64,000 nt of DNA from Phallusia mammillata (Eukaryota). Below the pieces are notes generated by a model. The model was not told the origin of the DNA, made no database searches, and saw nothing but the letters and a program-made list of their open reading frames with translations. Shown here piece by piece: positions 47,590 to 61,279 of this stretch. The stretch is from positions 12,338,001 to 12,402,000 of the forward strand of contig OZ281494.1 in the NCBI GenBank assembly GCA_965637545.1, read 5' to 3'. The position numbers and the translations under genes were made by a program. Positions within the stretch are counted from its first letter, which is position 1; every line of letters begins with the position of its first letter.

Positions 47590-49648
47590 GTTTACTAAAA
47601 TCTACTTTCTGCGTTTAGTAAATTTGTATACAACGTCCAAATATCCTTATATAATACGATTTTAATACATTTCGTTACCGAATTTATTGCTATCACTGTT
47701 ATAAAGTACTTAATACATTAGGCGTTGCTTTGCAAGCAAAATGATTCTGCGCGTTCAATCTGTGCGAAGCTTTTATGCAAGATCCACAGTGCTAGGTTGG
47801 CTCAGAAACAGTTACGAAATACATAAACGACGGTTTTTGAACGTTCAGAAACGTTTCTATTGGTTGAAATACACGAAAACAGTGCCCTGGTTTGTCAGGC
47901 GGAAGTGTATGACGTTGCAATTTCGCCACCTGCGGCATCTAAAACCTTGTTATTGAGTCGAAATATCTTGTTAAACATTGCCGCCGTCAGTCGACTGAGG
48001 CGAGTAACAAGTGTGAGGTTTTTTCCATCTAGCTGAGGCGGGAATTAACTAGCTCTGGCGTCATTAAACCGGCGTTGGCCTGATTGTTTAGTTATTTCCA
48101 TGTGCTAAGCGTGAAATTAGCATTGTAAGTGATAAACAACCGGGACAGTTGATAGTTAAGTCACCGCGTGCGCTGTAATTGCGCAATATACAAGGTTTTA
48201 AAAAGCAATATAATCACGTTTCAATATTATTCTTTTCCTCTCTTTTTGTAACAACCATTTAACATTTACAAACTGCTAATTACTTTGCTTGGAAAAACAA
48301 CCTCTGAAAACAGTGACTATTTTTTTAAAAACAGCCTGTCCAAAATTTTCCACACCACAACAATGTGCCAGAAATGTACTTTTGACGAAACAAATTTCAA
48401 TATCGCACAAATACATGAATTACCAGCAGCGTCATTTAATAGTTCATTGGTGCAAATACTTGCATGGCATAATTACCTGCATAATTTTGAAATACTCAAG
48501 ACTTGAAGCTTATACAAGCAACATCACTAAGGTTCACTAACAGCTAGGGGTCTATTGTTAGGCTTCAGTAGCAGGTGATGGTGTGCCAATGCAACGTCAA
48601 GGTAGAACACAGTTGGGGTTGTTTTACGAAGGCCCATCAACCTCCGCTTTATTACTCATAGTTTATCATACCTTAACAACAGGCATTAGGTTACGTTTGT
48701 TTTTAACCATGCCGCTGCCAAGTGTATTTTCCAACTAACTTTGTGCAATCTAGTGTGACAGGAAATCTAAATAATTTAAAAAGCAAGCCTTTTGTAGGAC
48801 AACTTTTAACGCTTTTAGGAAATAGTTTGTTGACAAATATAACGGTTCAAATACACGGTTCTGCACAAGCTCATTAGTAAATCAGTGTCAGGTTGTGTTG
48901 GTTATGCGTGTTATTTGTTCAAGAATATGTTTTGCATTTGCAAACGAACATCGAATTAAGGTAAAGATGCTGTCAGTTTTTGGTTTGGTAAACAAAAAGC
49001 GCTTCACATTTTGTACAAACTCCTAAAAATTTGTTAATGACAACTTTACTTTACAATAAAATCTACAACAAACTATCACAGGGTTTTGCATGCAGCGGTA
49101 AAATAAGGTGAAGAAATGACAATGTACATTAAGTGATAGGTGAAATATACAGATATATTCTCGTCCAAATAATTTATATACCATTTAAGCTAAACACTGA
49201 TTACTCGGTAACACGACAATTAATCAATTTCTTTGTGGCTTCACTAAAACTAGACTATTTTTGCAGGAACTATATAGGTTTTTGTGCAAAGTTAAAACAA
49301 TTTCTACAAAATTTCAAATGTTTTTCCTTTATCTCATCTTTTTTAAATCCAAACCCAATAATAACTATTTCAACAACAACGACAAAAAGCTAGTTGTAAA
49401 TTTTAGTAGAACCCGTAAACGCCGTTGAAATTTTTTTGGGTTAAAAGGTTTTTGTATGGCAGCTGGTTTCTGGTTTTCTGGCTTTTACATTACAGGTATT
49501 AACGAACAAACGATATGGTAGTTCAAAATGGAATGGCTTCAAACAAAAAAAAGACAAAAAATCTTGTGTATAAGTAACAGACATTTCGTTAAAACAACCA
49601 AACCATTTCTGGCGTTTCAACTGGAAACAAGTATTTTGCAGTGTGACG

Positions 49649-52600
49649 TCACACAACCTTCCACTGCATGACGCTGCAATCCTGCCCTCCAGTGGACACC
49701 AAACGCTCGTCATTGGTGAGAAACTTTACACTGGTCACGTGACTGCTGTGGCCGTTGAACACGTGACCAGAACTCTGTGACGCAATTTTTACTGTTTTTA
49801 ATCTAACTTTTAGTAAACGCCGCGTAATAGACAACTAAGTATTTTTTAGACTGGTACATATTGTAAAAAAATATTGTTTGTTTGTTCGTTTTTCATTGTA
49901 ACCGTTGTCTCTTTACGGAAAATAACAGTCATTTGCGATTGTCTAATATTATACCGAAAACGCACTTTTAGACAATCACAACTAAACCATGACCAAGTCC
50001 AGGTTTTCATTATTATTCTCTGGCACTTCTTGCGAAATGTATTTGTGAGAAAAAATCGCATGTTTGAAAGTTATAAAAGAAAGTAAACAAAATTATATAA
50101 CCAGGGTGGGAATTGTTTTGCAAATAAAAAACATATTATACACCACTTACCCTTGGTTGAATGGCCGGATACTTATAAAGATGAACTTTGCCAAAATCGT
50201 CGCCACTTGCCAATAGACGATTATCGTTTGATCTGTAAACACTGTTAATGTCAGTTCCATCCGCTCCTTCAGGCCAGATACCTAAAAACACAAACATTCC
50301 AATACTTTGCATTGCATATAGTACACGCAGATCTGTCTATAAGGTCTAATGAGAAATAAAACGGCCTTGTGGGGTGAATTACTTAAGTGCAAAACTTTGT
50401 ATGCGGAGGGAATTAGGCGAGTTTATGATTATTTCCTAAATGTTTTAGAAACTAACGCTTTCAGATTGATTCTTTTCATATTACTACATAGAAAAATAAG
50501 AACGGACCAGACGAGATATAGGCTATATATACATAAAAAATGCTCATGCCATCTTTAGTGATATCAGTCGTTTATGGTATAAAGTATCGTATAAAAGTGT
50601 ATAAAAGACTCGTATAAAAGTGCGTATAAAAGACTGTGATTGAAATAATTATCGCTGATGGTGACATTAACATTTTCCCAAGAGTCTGAACAATGAAGCA
50701 TGTCGCTTTTACGTATTTGGGCCATTATGTGTCAAATTAGACAAACATTGTTTATATTAGTCGGCAGCTATTTCGTTTTTGTTCCATTTTTGTCGTCAAA
50801 GTTCATCCTAAATAACTACTCACCCAGAACATTAAATCCAAGCGTGCAGGATTGCGTGTGCCAGGCAACGTCACGCAGTGATGACGCAGCAGTAATCTGA
50901 CGACAAGTTTGCGTTTCCCCTATGTGAAAAGCAAATATTAGAAAATACAACTGACACTGTATCTTCTGCACGGTATTGTTACACCGAATGTGTCATATCC
51001 GTGTGAATAACGGCTTTCGGTGCGATTTGTTAATCGCTTTGTACCTGCATTTTTTAGATTTGCCAAACAAATTGATCCACAATAGTTAGTTTTTATCTCT
51101 GCGGCGCAATCTGTTATACAAATGTATATCATTTATTCACCTGCAGATACCTCACATACCGAGAAACGTTGATTTATATTCCTTTAAAATAAGGAAGTGC
51201 CAATCAAAAGCACATAAATGAAAAAACATAAATGAAAAATATATATTCAACTCACAGTATAACAGTTCGTAATCTCCTGAGTTGGATTGCATGTACTTGG
51301 AATCACTCGACCAGTCGAAGTGTGTGATGTAACTGCTGTGACCCGAACACTTGCCCAACTTTGAAAACTTGCGCCCGCCGTCAGTCACGTGGTACACGTA
51401 GATGCTGTTGTCATGGGAACCAATTGCAAGAAAATTGCCGTCTGTGACCAACAGAAATTTATTAAAATTGCATACCCCAGAAATCACGTGAAAATAACAA
51501 AATCATTTTATGACGTCATACCGGGTGAAAACTTAATGACGTCATGCTGTTCGAACCCGTCGGTATGTACTGTGATAAGTTCCATGTTATTGGCATCCAG
51601 TACCAGCCAGCGTCCAGTTACCATGCCAACAGCAATCACGTTGTGATTGGTGGGATGGAAATCAGCTGACTGTATTCCATCATCCATTGTCTGCATGCAA
51701 AAATTTGTTATAAGCCGTTTCGAACCTCACAAATAAAAAACATTCAACTAGCATAAAATGTGAAATTCAAAATCAAACCCCACTTTCAATATGGATAGAG
51801 TTATGTTATTTCTTTGTCTGTTACAAAAATGTCTTTAACAAACACAAATGTAAAACCTTCATCCATAGTGGTGAATGACTTGTTGAATCCCACAAGATAA
51901 GTTGTTTGTCAGAGGAGCCTGTCAAAAACTGGGGTTCCGAAGGGTGGATGGCTAAGCCCCACAACTCATCAGTGTGACCCTGGTGATAAAAAAGAAATGA
52001 TTTTTCATCACACCCTTATTCATACAGAATGTGCTTATGCTTATTATATTTAATCATTCAGTTGAGAAACTTTTTTATGTCAGTAAACTTTAAATCAGGT
52101 CTGTTTTTGTGTGGCTTTTTTGCACACTTTCTCTAAGACATTGTTAGATATCAAAGATGTTGTTAATTTTTGCAATAACAGCAAAAGTAGATATTAGTCA
52201 GTGAAATTAGACAACTTACATGCACAATCACTTCTAAGGGACTATCAAAGTTTCCTCGCAAGATAGAATTCTTCTTAGTTCCCACCAACATAAGACCTTG
52301 ATTGTCACAACTGATTGTTCGAATACTTCCAGTTTCTTCACTCACCTATATGCAAAATTTCAAAGTTTACATTTTCTAATTGATAGATAATGTACAGGCT
52401 CATAGTAACTTTTTATAAGGGCAATTGTTTTTGAAGGCCGACCTGTGATTGTTGCAACATTTGAAACTTTGTGTCCCACTTTTTGATGCAACCGTCTTTG
52501 CCTCCAGTAATGTAACCTTCCTTCGTTGCGCAAATAGTAAATACTGGGCCTCCATGCGCCTGCAACCGTACATATTTTTTATAGTTCCCGTCTTAGAATT

Positions 52601-55600
52601 CAGCTGTGAAAGTTTCTTTGTTTCAAAAAAAGTTTACAGACCTGGATAACCTGGGATATTTTTCTGGTACTACCCTGGGCCCACATTTGAATGTTGCCAT
52701 TGGAGTCGCCAGAGAGCACTTCACCAGTCGGTGTGAACGCAAGACAAAGAAGATATTTTGGCTTTTCATGTTTCTACAGAAACAAAGATTTCATACATCA
52801 TAAGTTGGAACACCACAACCGTACCAGCATTAAAAGGCAAGTTTCATTTGAAAAATCAGACGGTGCAGCACATTTTTGCTGTATGATTTACAAATCTAAT
52901 TTATAAATTGGCCTAAATGCAAATTAATTTCAACAGTGTCAGATTGTAAAAGTTGTTGTATCTTTTATGACAAAATATTGAAACAATGTTCCCCACATTT
53001 ACTTCTGCCAGTAAGCCCGGTTTGAGCTAAAGCTGTTAAATATAAACACTGACCTCAAACAAGCCTTGTTTCTTGGTAAGTTGTCCCCCGTCCAGAGTCC
53101 AGAAGATGACATGACTTTTTCCACATGTTACAATGCTGTTCTCCACATGTGGGTTGAACTCACACGACAAAACTGGATCTTTCCATGACTAAAACAAAAA
53201 CCAATTTGAGATTTCTTAACTGAAATAAACTGAAAATATCCTGATTACATAAGAAACTATAAAAAAGAAACTGATACAGTTTCTGACAACATTAGACAGA
53301 TGAAAAACCTGGGGGTGCTATCAAACAAGTAATTATTTGAACATTGACATTTTTTTGTGCACCCCTGGTATAGCATATAGATGAGAATGATGTTCAAACA
53401 ATAAATGTACACATGTATGCCATTTATTGTGACTGACATAATATCGCATAATGTTTCGCGACCCCAAAATTATACTTTGCAATTGGGGTCGCGACCCACA
53501 TTTTGAGAAGCCCTGCTATAGACTACAACTTAGATAATGTGGGTATTTAAAAGTGAAAGATATGCATGACAAACACGAAGACAAGATTCCCTGAGTCATT
53601 TTTTAAGAGCTGACGATTGGTTCAATTAATGCAAATAATGTACGGCCAAATTCAATAAATCAATTTCAGTATGTATACATAACGTAACATTTAAAACAGA
53701 CTAGTTGTAGATTTACTGGCAATTGTGGATTTACAAGTAAAGGATAACTACATCTTTTTTGGTTCTTTAGCTCTGACATTTTAAATCATTTAACTTGAAA
53801 GGTTGCAGGTTGACCCTGTAAGGCAGGGGCGGGCAACTTCTCCAGTCGGCGGGCCTGATATGGGAAAATGAAGTACTTGGCGGGCCGGATTCGTGAATCG
53901 ATACATTAATCGCGCATTTATCCAGTGATTTAAAACGGATTTTTGACCACCTAAACTAAATACAATCAAGAACGTCGCAATTACAATACAGTCCAAACAA
54001 TCCAACTGATATAACATAAAATTATTCACCACAGCAAATTTAATGCATACACCACAGACTTAGATACTGCTGAAACACACCGCACGTGTGGAAACAAAGG
54101 AAACCGTGAAAGATAGGCCACACGCAAGTTGGCAGTTATGTCGTAACAATGGATGTATGGTGCAATGGTAACAACGGCGGGAAAGTTTTTTTGTTATTGG
54201 GGAGCGTTACTGTTTGTTACAACTATAATTTGACGTAGTAAGCAAGTAGAGGGGGATTTGGCAGACCGTGGACGCGGGCCACGTTATCATGTAAGACCAG
54301 AAACTGTCTGCGGGCTGCTCAAAATCCCGTCGCGGGCCGGATCCGGCCCGCGGGCCGTATGTTGCCCGCCCCTGCTGTAAGGGAAGACAACCAATGCAAA
54401 AATTTCACAAAGTGTACCTTAGTTTCAGCAATTTTTGTTTCTTTTTCCCAGTTCCAAACACTCAAAACGTGGTCATTGGACTCATCTACTGCACAAAGGT
54501 ATGTTCCACCATCCTGAGAAAAACACAAAAAAAATCAACTTTCTTTAAAGATTTATCAGACTTGCAGTTGAGTTGTGTAATTTCACCTAGCATAAGAAAA
54601 CATAATGTTTATAATGCTAAAAAAATAAACCAAAGTGCCAGACAAAGATGAATATTGCGACCTATTTCCCAACTTCAATGTGTCTTCAAAACTAATTTAA
54701 CAGTATTCATAAAAAGGACTTTATAAAGTTGAAGTAAATCTAAACATTGTGATGGTTTTAGCTTAGAATTAAAAATAAATCACTTACTATCTTGGAGAAG
54801 CTTAAACAAGCCACTGATCGGTCAAATGAGCTGATCACATGAAGAGTTGTGAGACTCACTGCATCCCACACATGAACTTGAGGAAGTCGGGGCTAAAAAA
54901 CAACAACAAAGTGAGATGGGGCTTTGGGGGTAGGTTAGAGGAAGTTTAATGACAATAAAATGGGCTATTTTAAAATGTTGGCAAACCAAAATTTATTAAT
55001 GTTTACTTAGCTGCAATTTATTTGTTGGAAAACAATGTATTTAAACACCCTCTACATGTCTGATGTGATATTTATGTGTAACCTTCAAAGGAAGGCTAGG
55101 TGTCAAAAAAGGTCATTGGTTAAAAGGGATAAGGTCAATATTTTAACTGTTAGACATTCAAGTGACTACAAAAACAATATGAGAACAAGTAAACTCATCT
55201 AATATTAGTTTTGCAAAGGTAAACAGCAATTGTAAACACATTACACAACACAAAAAAATTGTGCTAGTCAGGACCATCAAAACTACAGTTCCTAACAACA
55301 TTTTGCAATGCATAAATACATGTCACATAACAGTCAGTAAAAATGTTCCTCTGCAAGCAACAATCTGTTGGGCTCAGATGATAGTTAACTTTCAGGTGAG
55401 TTTGCAAGCATTTTCAATAGAAATTCTTTTTCCAGTGCGGTGTTGATTCCAGGTAAGTATTGGTCAAATTAAGGGCAATATTAACCTTTTAATAATGTTT
55501 TATATTAACCAATATTAACCTTTTACAATATTAATGCTAAATGTGCAAAATTCTAGTCTAATGATGGTTTAGATTGTGTAAAAGTGTACTAGTATTGATA

Positions 55601-58600
55601 AGAAAGTCACCTTTGACATGCTGATTGGTAAACAATTTTACTGTCAAAGCTGCTCTATAACAACACAGACTAAAACAGTGATTCTCTGTTGGGATAACTT
55701 GCTTTATAGAAGTTAAAATTTGAAATGAAAAATAAATAGAATAAATGACCTGGGCAATTAACAAATAGAAATCCACACCGACTTAATATTCCACAAAGAT
55801 AACAATTTAACTTGTAGAAATTGAAACTACTTAAAAACCAAAAATGTTTTAAAACACATATCACAACAAAACCGTTTTCAACATCTAAGGCACAATGCAA
55901 TCAGTTAGCTAATGAAGTGTGAAAACCATTCAGCCATTTTTTATTAAGCAGTGGAAAACATGCGGTTACTAGGTAACATTGGACATGCAAATACTCCTGT
56001 ACCTTTTTGCAGCTGTGGCTTTTGTATTCCTGATTTATGTAATTTTTAGAACCAAGGCATTATGTTTGTATACTTGATAAACACCTTGTTTGTATGTGCA
56101 CAAATTTTTACAGTATTTGGCAAATAAGTGCAAAAAATAAAAAGAGAAAGCTGTAGAACTTTACAATATTTATACTGACCAATTTCGTTCAAACAAAACA
56201 AATAACAACCTTCTATTTTGTGACATGTTTGGGCGTAATAGATTTGTCAGTTGAAAGCAAGTGTTTCTTTTCATGTCAAAGCAAACAATTGATGTGAAAG
56301 TGAACATAAAAGCAATAAGAAAAACCTACCCTTCCATCTAGTTCCAGGCCAGCAACCTGTCCAGTAGCAATTTTTAATTTGTCCGGATGAATAGCCAGGC
56401 TGCAAAACATACCATTTTGATTGGTTTAGTTTAACAAAATCAATACCTAACTTGGTTTCAGACAGATTAGATTTTTAAACCAGAGCAATATATTGATTAG
56501 GGTTTAGTTGAGTCTAAACCAGTGGTTCTCAAACTTTTTCAGCATGCGGCACATTAAAGAACTAACATTTTCTTCTGCGGCACACTTCGCAAGTAAACAC
56601 AACAAAAGTTGTTTAAAGAATGGCAATTTTCAACCTAATTGTGGTGGGTAAGGATGCTTTTCATTGCCAATAGCAAAAACATGAGGTAGATAAACTTTGA
56701 TTCAAGACTTTAAACTAAACCTAATAGTTACATAAACTAAACCGATTTTCTTACCATTTTACATCATCGTTGTGGCCAAGATAATGTCTCTGGTAGCCAT
56801 CTTTTGGATCATACATAACAACGACAGCAGCAATAAAGTACACTATTTCTCCAGTGGGTAAAAAGTACAGGTTCGACCGGCAATCTTTTCCCCGGTAACC
56901 ATATCTGAAAAAATCGATCTCAATTTTGATCGGGTACTGTTTCATTGTCTTTAAATGCAAAAAAAAATATCAAAAGATATCTCAGATTAAATCAATGAAA
57001 ACAGGTATATTTATGTGCTACACTTCCCTCATGACATTTTCATTTCTAAAAAAATATACACGGTGTTTGCCTCACAGGGCTAACATAAGGCAGGAATCTA
57101 AGCAACAAACAGGTATGAAACCCATAAACTATTTTTATCCACAAATTTGAATATGGAATAAGGAACAATAACATTTTTGTAGCAGGCAAACTTACACCCA
57201 TTCCAGTTTGAGTTTATTGTCAGGCATTTGCGAAGGTTCAGCTGGGTTGTAGGACTCAATCTCTGAAGGTTTGTAGAGTACAACAGGACGACCACGTAAG
57301 TGCATGCGAACAGAACCTTCCTCTTCATTGTAAGTCATTTGCTTGTGGTTTCCACCAGGTCCACCAGTACTATAAACAAGGTGGTGTATTTAAAATTCAA
57401 CATCTAAATTGTATGACATTATTTCATATCAAAGTCAAGGCAACAGAATAAAGATAATCTTTGGTAAACAAATATGTCAATATTATTGGCCCAAGATTTG
57501 AAATACAAGAGAAATATTACTTTTCCATTTTTCCTTTTGTATTTAACACTTTTTCCACAAAACTCTATTTAAATATAGTACTTTGCATCTTAAAAAAAGA
57601 AACAGTCACAAAATAAAATTATTCTACACCAGCATCTGACTTTTAATCAAACTAGTTCAAGTACATTGCTGTAATTAAGTTGTCAGAAGTGGCCTTTAAT
57701 CAGTTGTTTGCAAACCTGGTTTTCTTTGATCTGAAACTTGACCGTTTTGAGTCACGCATAAGATTGTCGGTAGAACCAGCTCGCCTAATAGTAAAATGTA
57801 CAAAGTAATAAATATTTACTCACCGTCTTCGTGATGCCATTTCCTTGTTAAAAGCTTAACAAAAGCAACTAAAACTTCTATAATTTTAGAAAATAAAACT
57901 TCTAAATAAACAAGAAATGTTGGTCAAGCGCAAACTAGAAGTTAAAATTCTTTTTCAAGCTACATGGTTTGAAACAGTTTGTATAAAATATCTTTTTACT
58001 GAATACAACAAGTGCTCTATTAGCTTGTCAGCTTTGTTTTAGTTGAGTACATACTTGAAACAACCATGCTATGCCTAAATATTTGCGCAAAAGTGTTTCC
58101 CTAATCAATAAATTGCAACTAAGCTTGTAAAGCCAAACGTATATATCTCTCACTGAACACATATTCTTTACTGCAATCACGTAGCAGGGCAAGTAATTGC
58201 GGTTGCTTGTCCTATGTTATAAATGTTTGATATGTAGAAGGGCGGGCCTCTGGCTGTTGTGATAAATAATTAACCTTCAATGCCTTTTTCAAGCACATTC
58301 AGTACAGCACAGCATATGTAATTAAGACTGGACTGTTTACTCTCCCTAGTGAATTGCTGTAAGCATAAAGAGGTCAAGTAAGGGCAGTTAGGGTCAGTGC
58401 TACAGGATTTTGCTATTATTGACTGGAGTTTTGTTAAGCAAAACTGTGTATAGATTAAAGTGAACACAATGTTAGATAAAATGCCAAAGAAGACAGACTG
58501 TATACTAAATATCTACAATGACAACCAACCTTTTCAGCATTTTTAGATGTAGAAACAGTAAAAAAAAATTGCTGCATACCACTATTTAAAAAAATATTTT

Positions 58601-60411
58601 AAAAAAGGGTAAAATTTTAAATACCTGATTTCATTTGAAACTGTCCCATTTGACTTTGTTTGGTCATCTTTGGCTGAGGGTGATCGCTTATGCACACTAG
58701 GTGATGGGGGACGAACCCTGGTTTTGGGGGTACCAGTGTTGTCAACAGTTGGTCGGGATGGAAGGGGTTGAAAATGATCTGACAATTTAAAACATAAAGC
58801 AATGTAAAAAAATAACATAAACAGTCCTTTAGTTGTATTGTTATTTTAACATGACATATATGTTTCTACATGCAGAATCACAATTGTAGCTGGTAAATAG
58901 AGTTAGTAGGGCATTAATAATTGTAAATAATAAGAGTAACAGTATAAACATATCCAATGGTTGGATTTAGTATTGGTTTGTTGGTGTTAATTAATGGTAC
59001 ACAAATACTTATTGAATACAATATATAAAACAAAGTTGGTGTACATGCTATTTAGCATACTTTTCATTGGTGATGGTTTTCTGTATGCTGAAGCCACAGA
59101 ACTGGTCTCAACTTCCTTAAGTCTTCGGAGAACATCAGCCAAGGAGGACTTGAGAAGAGCAATCTCATCTTCTTGATTTTCTACTCTTTGCTCTAAGGAT
59201 TTAATTCGATCCTCTGTATTACCTATAGACAAATGATAAAACATTAATCTTTTCTAAATCAAGGACCTTAACACATTTCATGTCTTATTGTTTTCATCAT
59301 TCACAAATTTGCCAGTTTAAATACAAAATATTGCCTGTTGAGTGTGAATTTCAACAATCACATTTGCACTGTGCTATACCTACTTTTTGGTATTTTTTTT
59401 TTTACATATAATACTTGACTACACAAATCTCATGTAAAAAAAGATTTCAAATTGTTTTTTAAGTACACATAAAAGCTTAATAAAATCCCTCTCACTTTCT
59501 TGTTGAGCATTGTATGATTCTTCTTCCATTTTTAAAGAAATTTCAAAATTTCTTAAAAAATCTCTACTACAACACGCAAAACAGGCACAAAAATTGGCTA
59601 ATAATCACACATAAAGTTCCAAAAAGAATAATACAGAATTCAGTATTTAAACCTAGACTTGCACTGTTTAAAGTTTAAACCTTAAAGAGGCAATTGTCTG
59701 TCTTGCCTCTTCTAAAGTACACAGACTGTTTGCCCAAATCTACAAACCAAACATCAAAGCGTCAGACTATGTTTGCTTTTTTCAGTCTTATGTTTGCATT
59801 GTCGCATACTAGAAAAAAAATGGTATTTTCTTTTCTTTGGTTGAACATCAAAGCTTATTCAGATAAAACCATTACCGATTGACACATTAACAAACACATT
59901 GTTTTGCATTTGCATGCACAGCTTAACCAGTTTATGTTGTCAATCCATGCATTAACCTCTCACGACTCGGTACTACTGCAGGGAAATGTCAGGAAGCAAT
60001 TAAAGCGATATGCCACCAAGTCTGCTTTACATCCCTTGCAGCAAGAAAAACACTGACTACAGCACTGAAATGTTTAATAAATCTATTCCACAATAGTAAT
60101 AATGTTTTCCAATTAGAAATTGTGTATTTTGGCTCTTAAGCTCCTGATATAATAGGCTTGGAAAAGTATGTGATAACAAACAAACGAGTAAGTAAAAGCA
60201 TGTTGTGACAAGTTACAAAGTGACAATTGTAATCTCTAGTAGTCCCAGGTACAAATTACCCTAGCACAATAGACAATACCTGTATAAAAGTCAATTAACA
60301 TATCAGCTTACCTTGAAACAAGTCGAATACCGGCATTTCGTCTCCACGTCCATTCATGTCGCCAGCCCCTGATACGTAAACTCTGTCCTGCGAAAAATTA
60401 AATTTGGCCAT
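49649..60411 (-). CDS. EML: Echinoderm microtubule-associated protein-like (EML1-4/EMAP type), multi-exon
   Basis: N-terminal coiled coil EDRIKSLEQRVENQEDEIALLKSSLADVLRRL (about 59060-59222). HELP motif LRGRPV...KLKLEWV/YGYRGKDCRSNLYFLPTGEIVYF. WD40 exons LAIHPDK..IATGQ, GHTDELWGLAIHP, DGNFLAIGSHDN, GHSSYITHFDWS, IWPEGADGTDIN, GHSSHVTSVKF...QWKVV*. Confidence 0.95.
53824..54374. mobile_element. hAT-type MITE in an EML intron (uninterrupted family member)
   Basis: TIR CAGGGGCGGGCAAC / GTTGCCCGCCCCTG. Perfect 8-bp TSD CTGTAAGG. Confidence 0.93.
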
Positions 60412-61279
60412 CTGCCTTCGTAGCCAAATTGACCACAGGTCAACCTTCCTCAACTTAACGACATGACACTAAAACTTATAACAGCTGCAAAAAGTTAACA
60501 GCTAAAGGCTTCGCTGTGTCCAAGTACAACCAACATTGTATGCAAACAAAAGTAAATCAATTCTTGCTCAGTAAAGCGTGAGTTCCATACAAGTATTTAC
60601 AATAGATCCCATAGGAATTGGGCCTTATTATTTACACTGTAACAATAGCGTTGTAACAAGTTCAAATTAGTTTTTTTTTTTTTGTAATGTACAATGCCGT
60701 GCAATTTCGTGTCCTTTGAAATACCGTGAAAGCATTTTTGTCACTTGTGCCGAGTCTGCCTTTTTTATCCACGATCTTTTTGGATTTACCATCTGCCTTG
60801 CAAACTAAAATTTGATTCTTTTTTGGGCAATGTTATAATTTGTTTGTTGTGGTTATATCATTGACTGGAATAATTTACACTTGGATAAACAAACTTTATT
60901 CCCTGATGATTTTTGTGCACAATTTGCCGCGAGAACTAAGTTGTTTGATTGGCCAAAGATTTAGGCAGTGACAGACAATTCGCCCACGTGACTAATATTT
61001 TTCGAAAAGTGAAATCAGAGACTAGTGAAATGTGAAGTGTAAAAAGTCGCTCAAATGTAAAATACATTTAAACGGTTGAGATAATGTTTATTTTTCATGT
61101 TGTTGTTTTTTCGGTAATCTTTCTTCTTTTATTGCCTGCTATACATATATATTTCCGTGATCAGCATTAACAACCGATAAAATTTAAACCAACAACAAAC
61201 TATAACGCAAATATTTGTATTGTGTTTAAATATGGTGATGATTATTGTACAGTACACATATAATACGTAAATAATAAGT

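Noticed and set aside
56520-56600. CAGTGGTTCTCAAAC MITE left end (also a lone right end near 53457-53516)
   Set aside because: No matching opposite TIR or TSD was found. These are probably truncated relics and were not listed as features.
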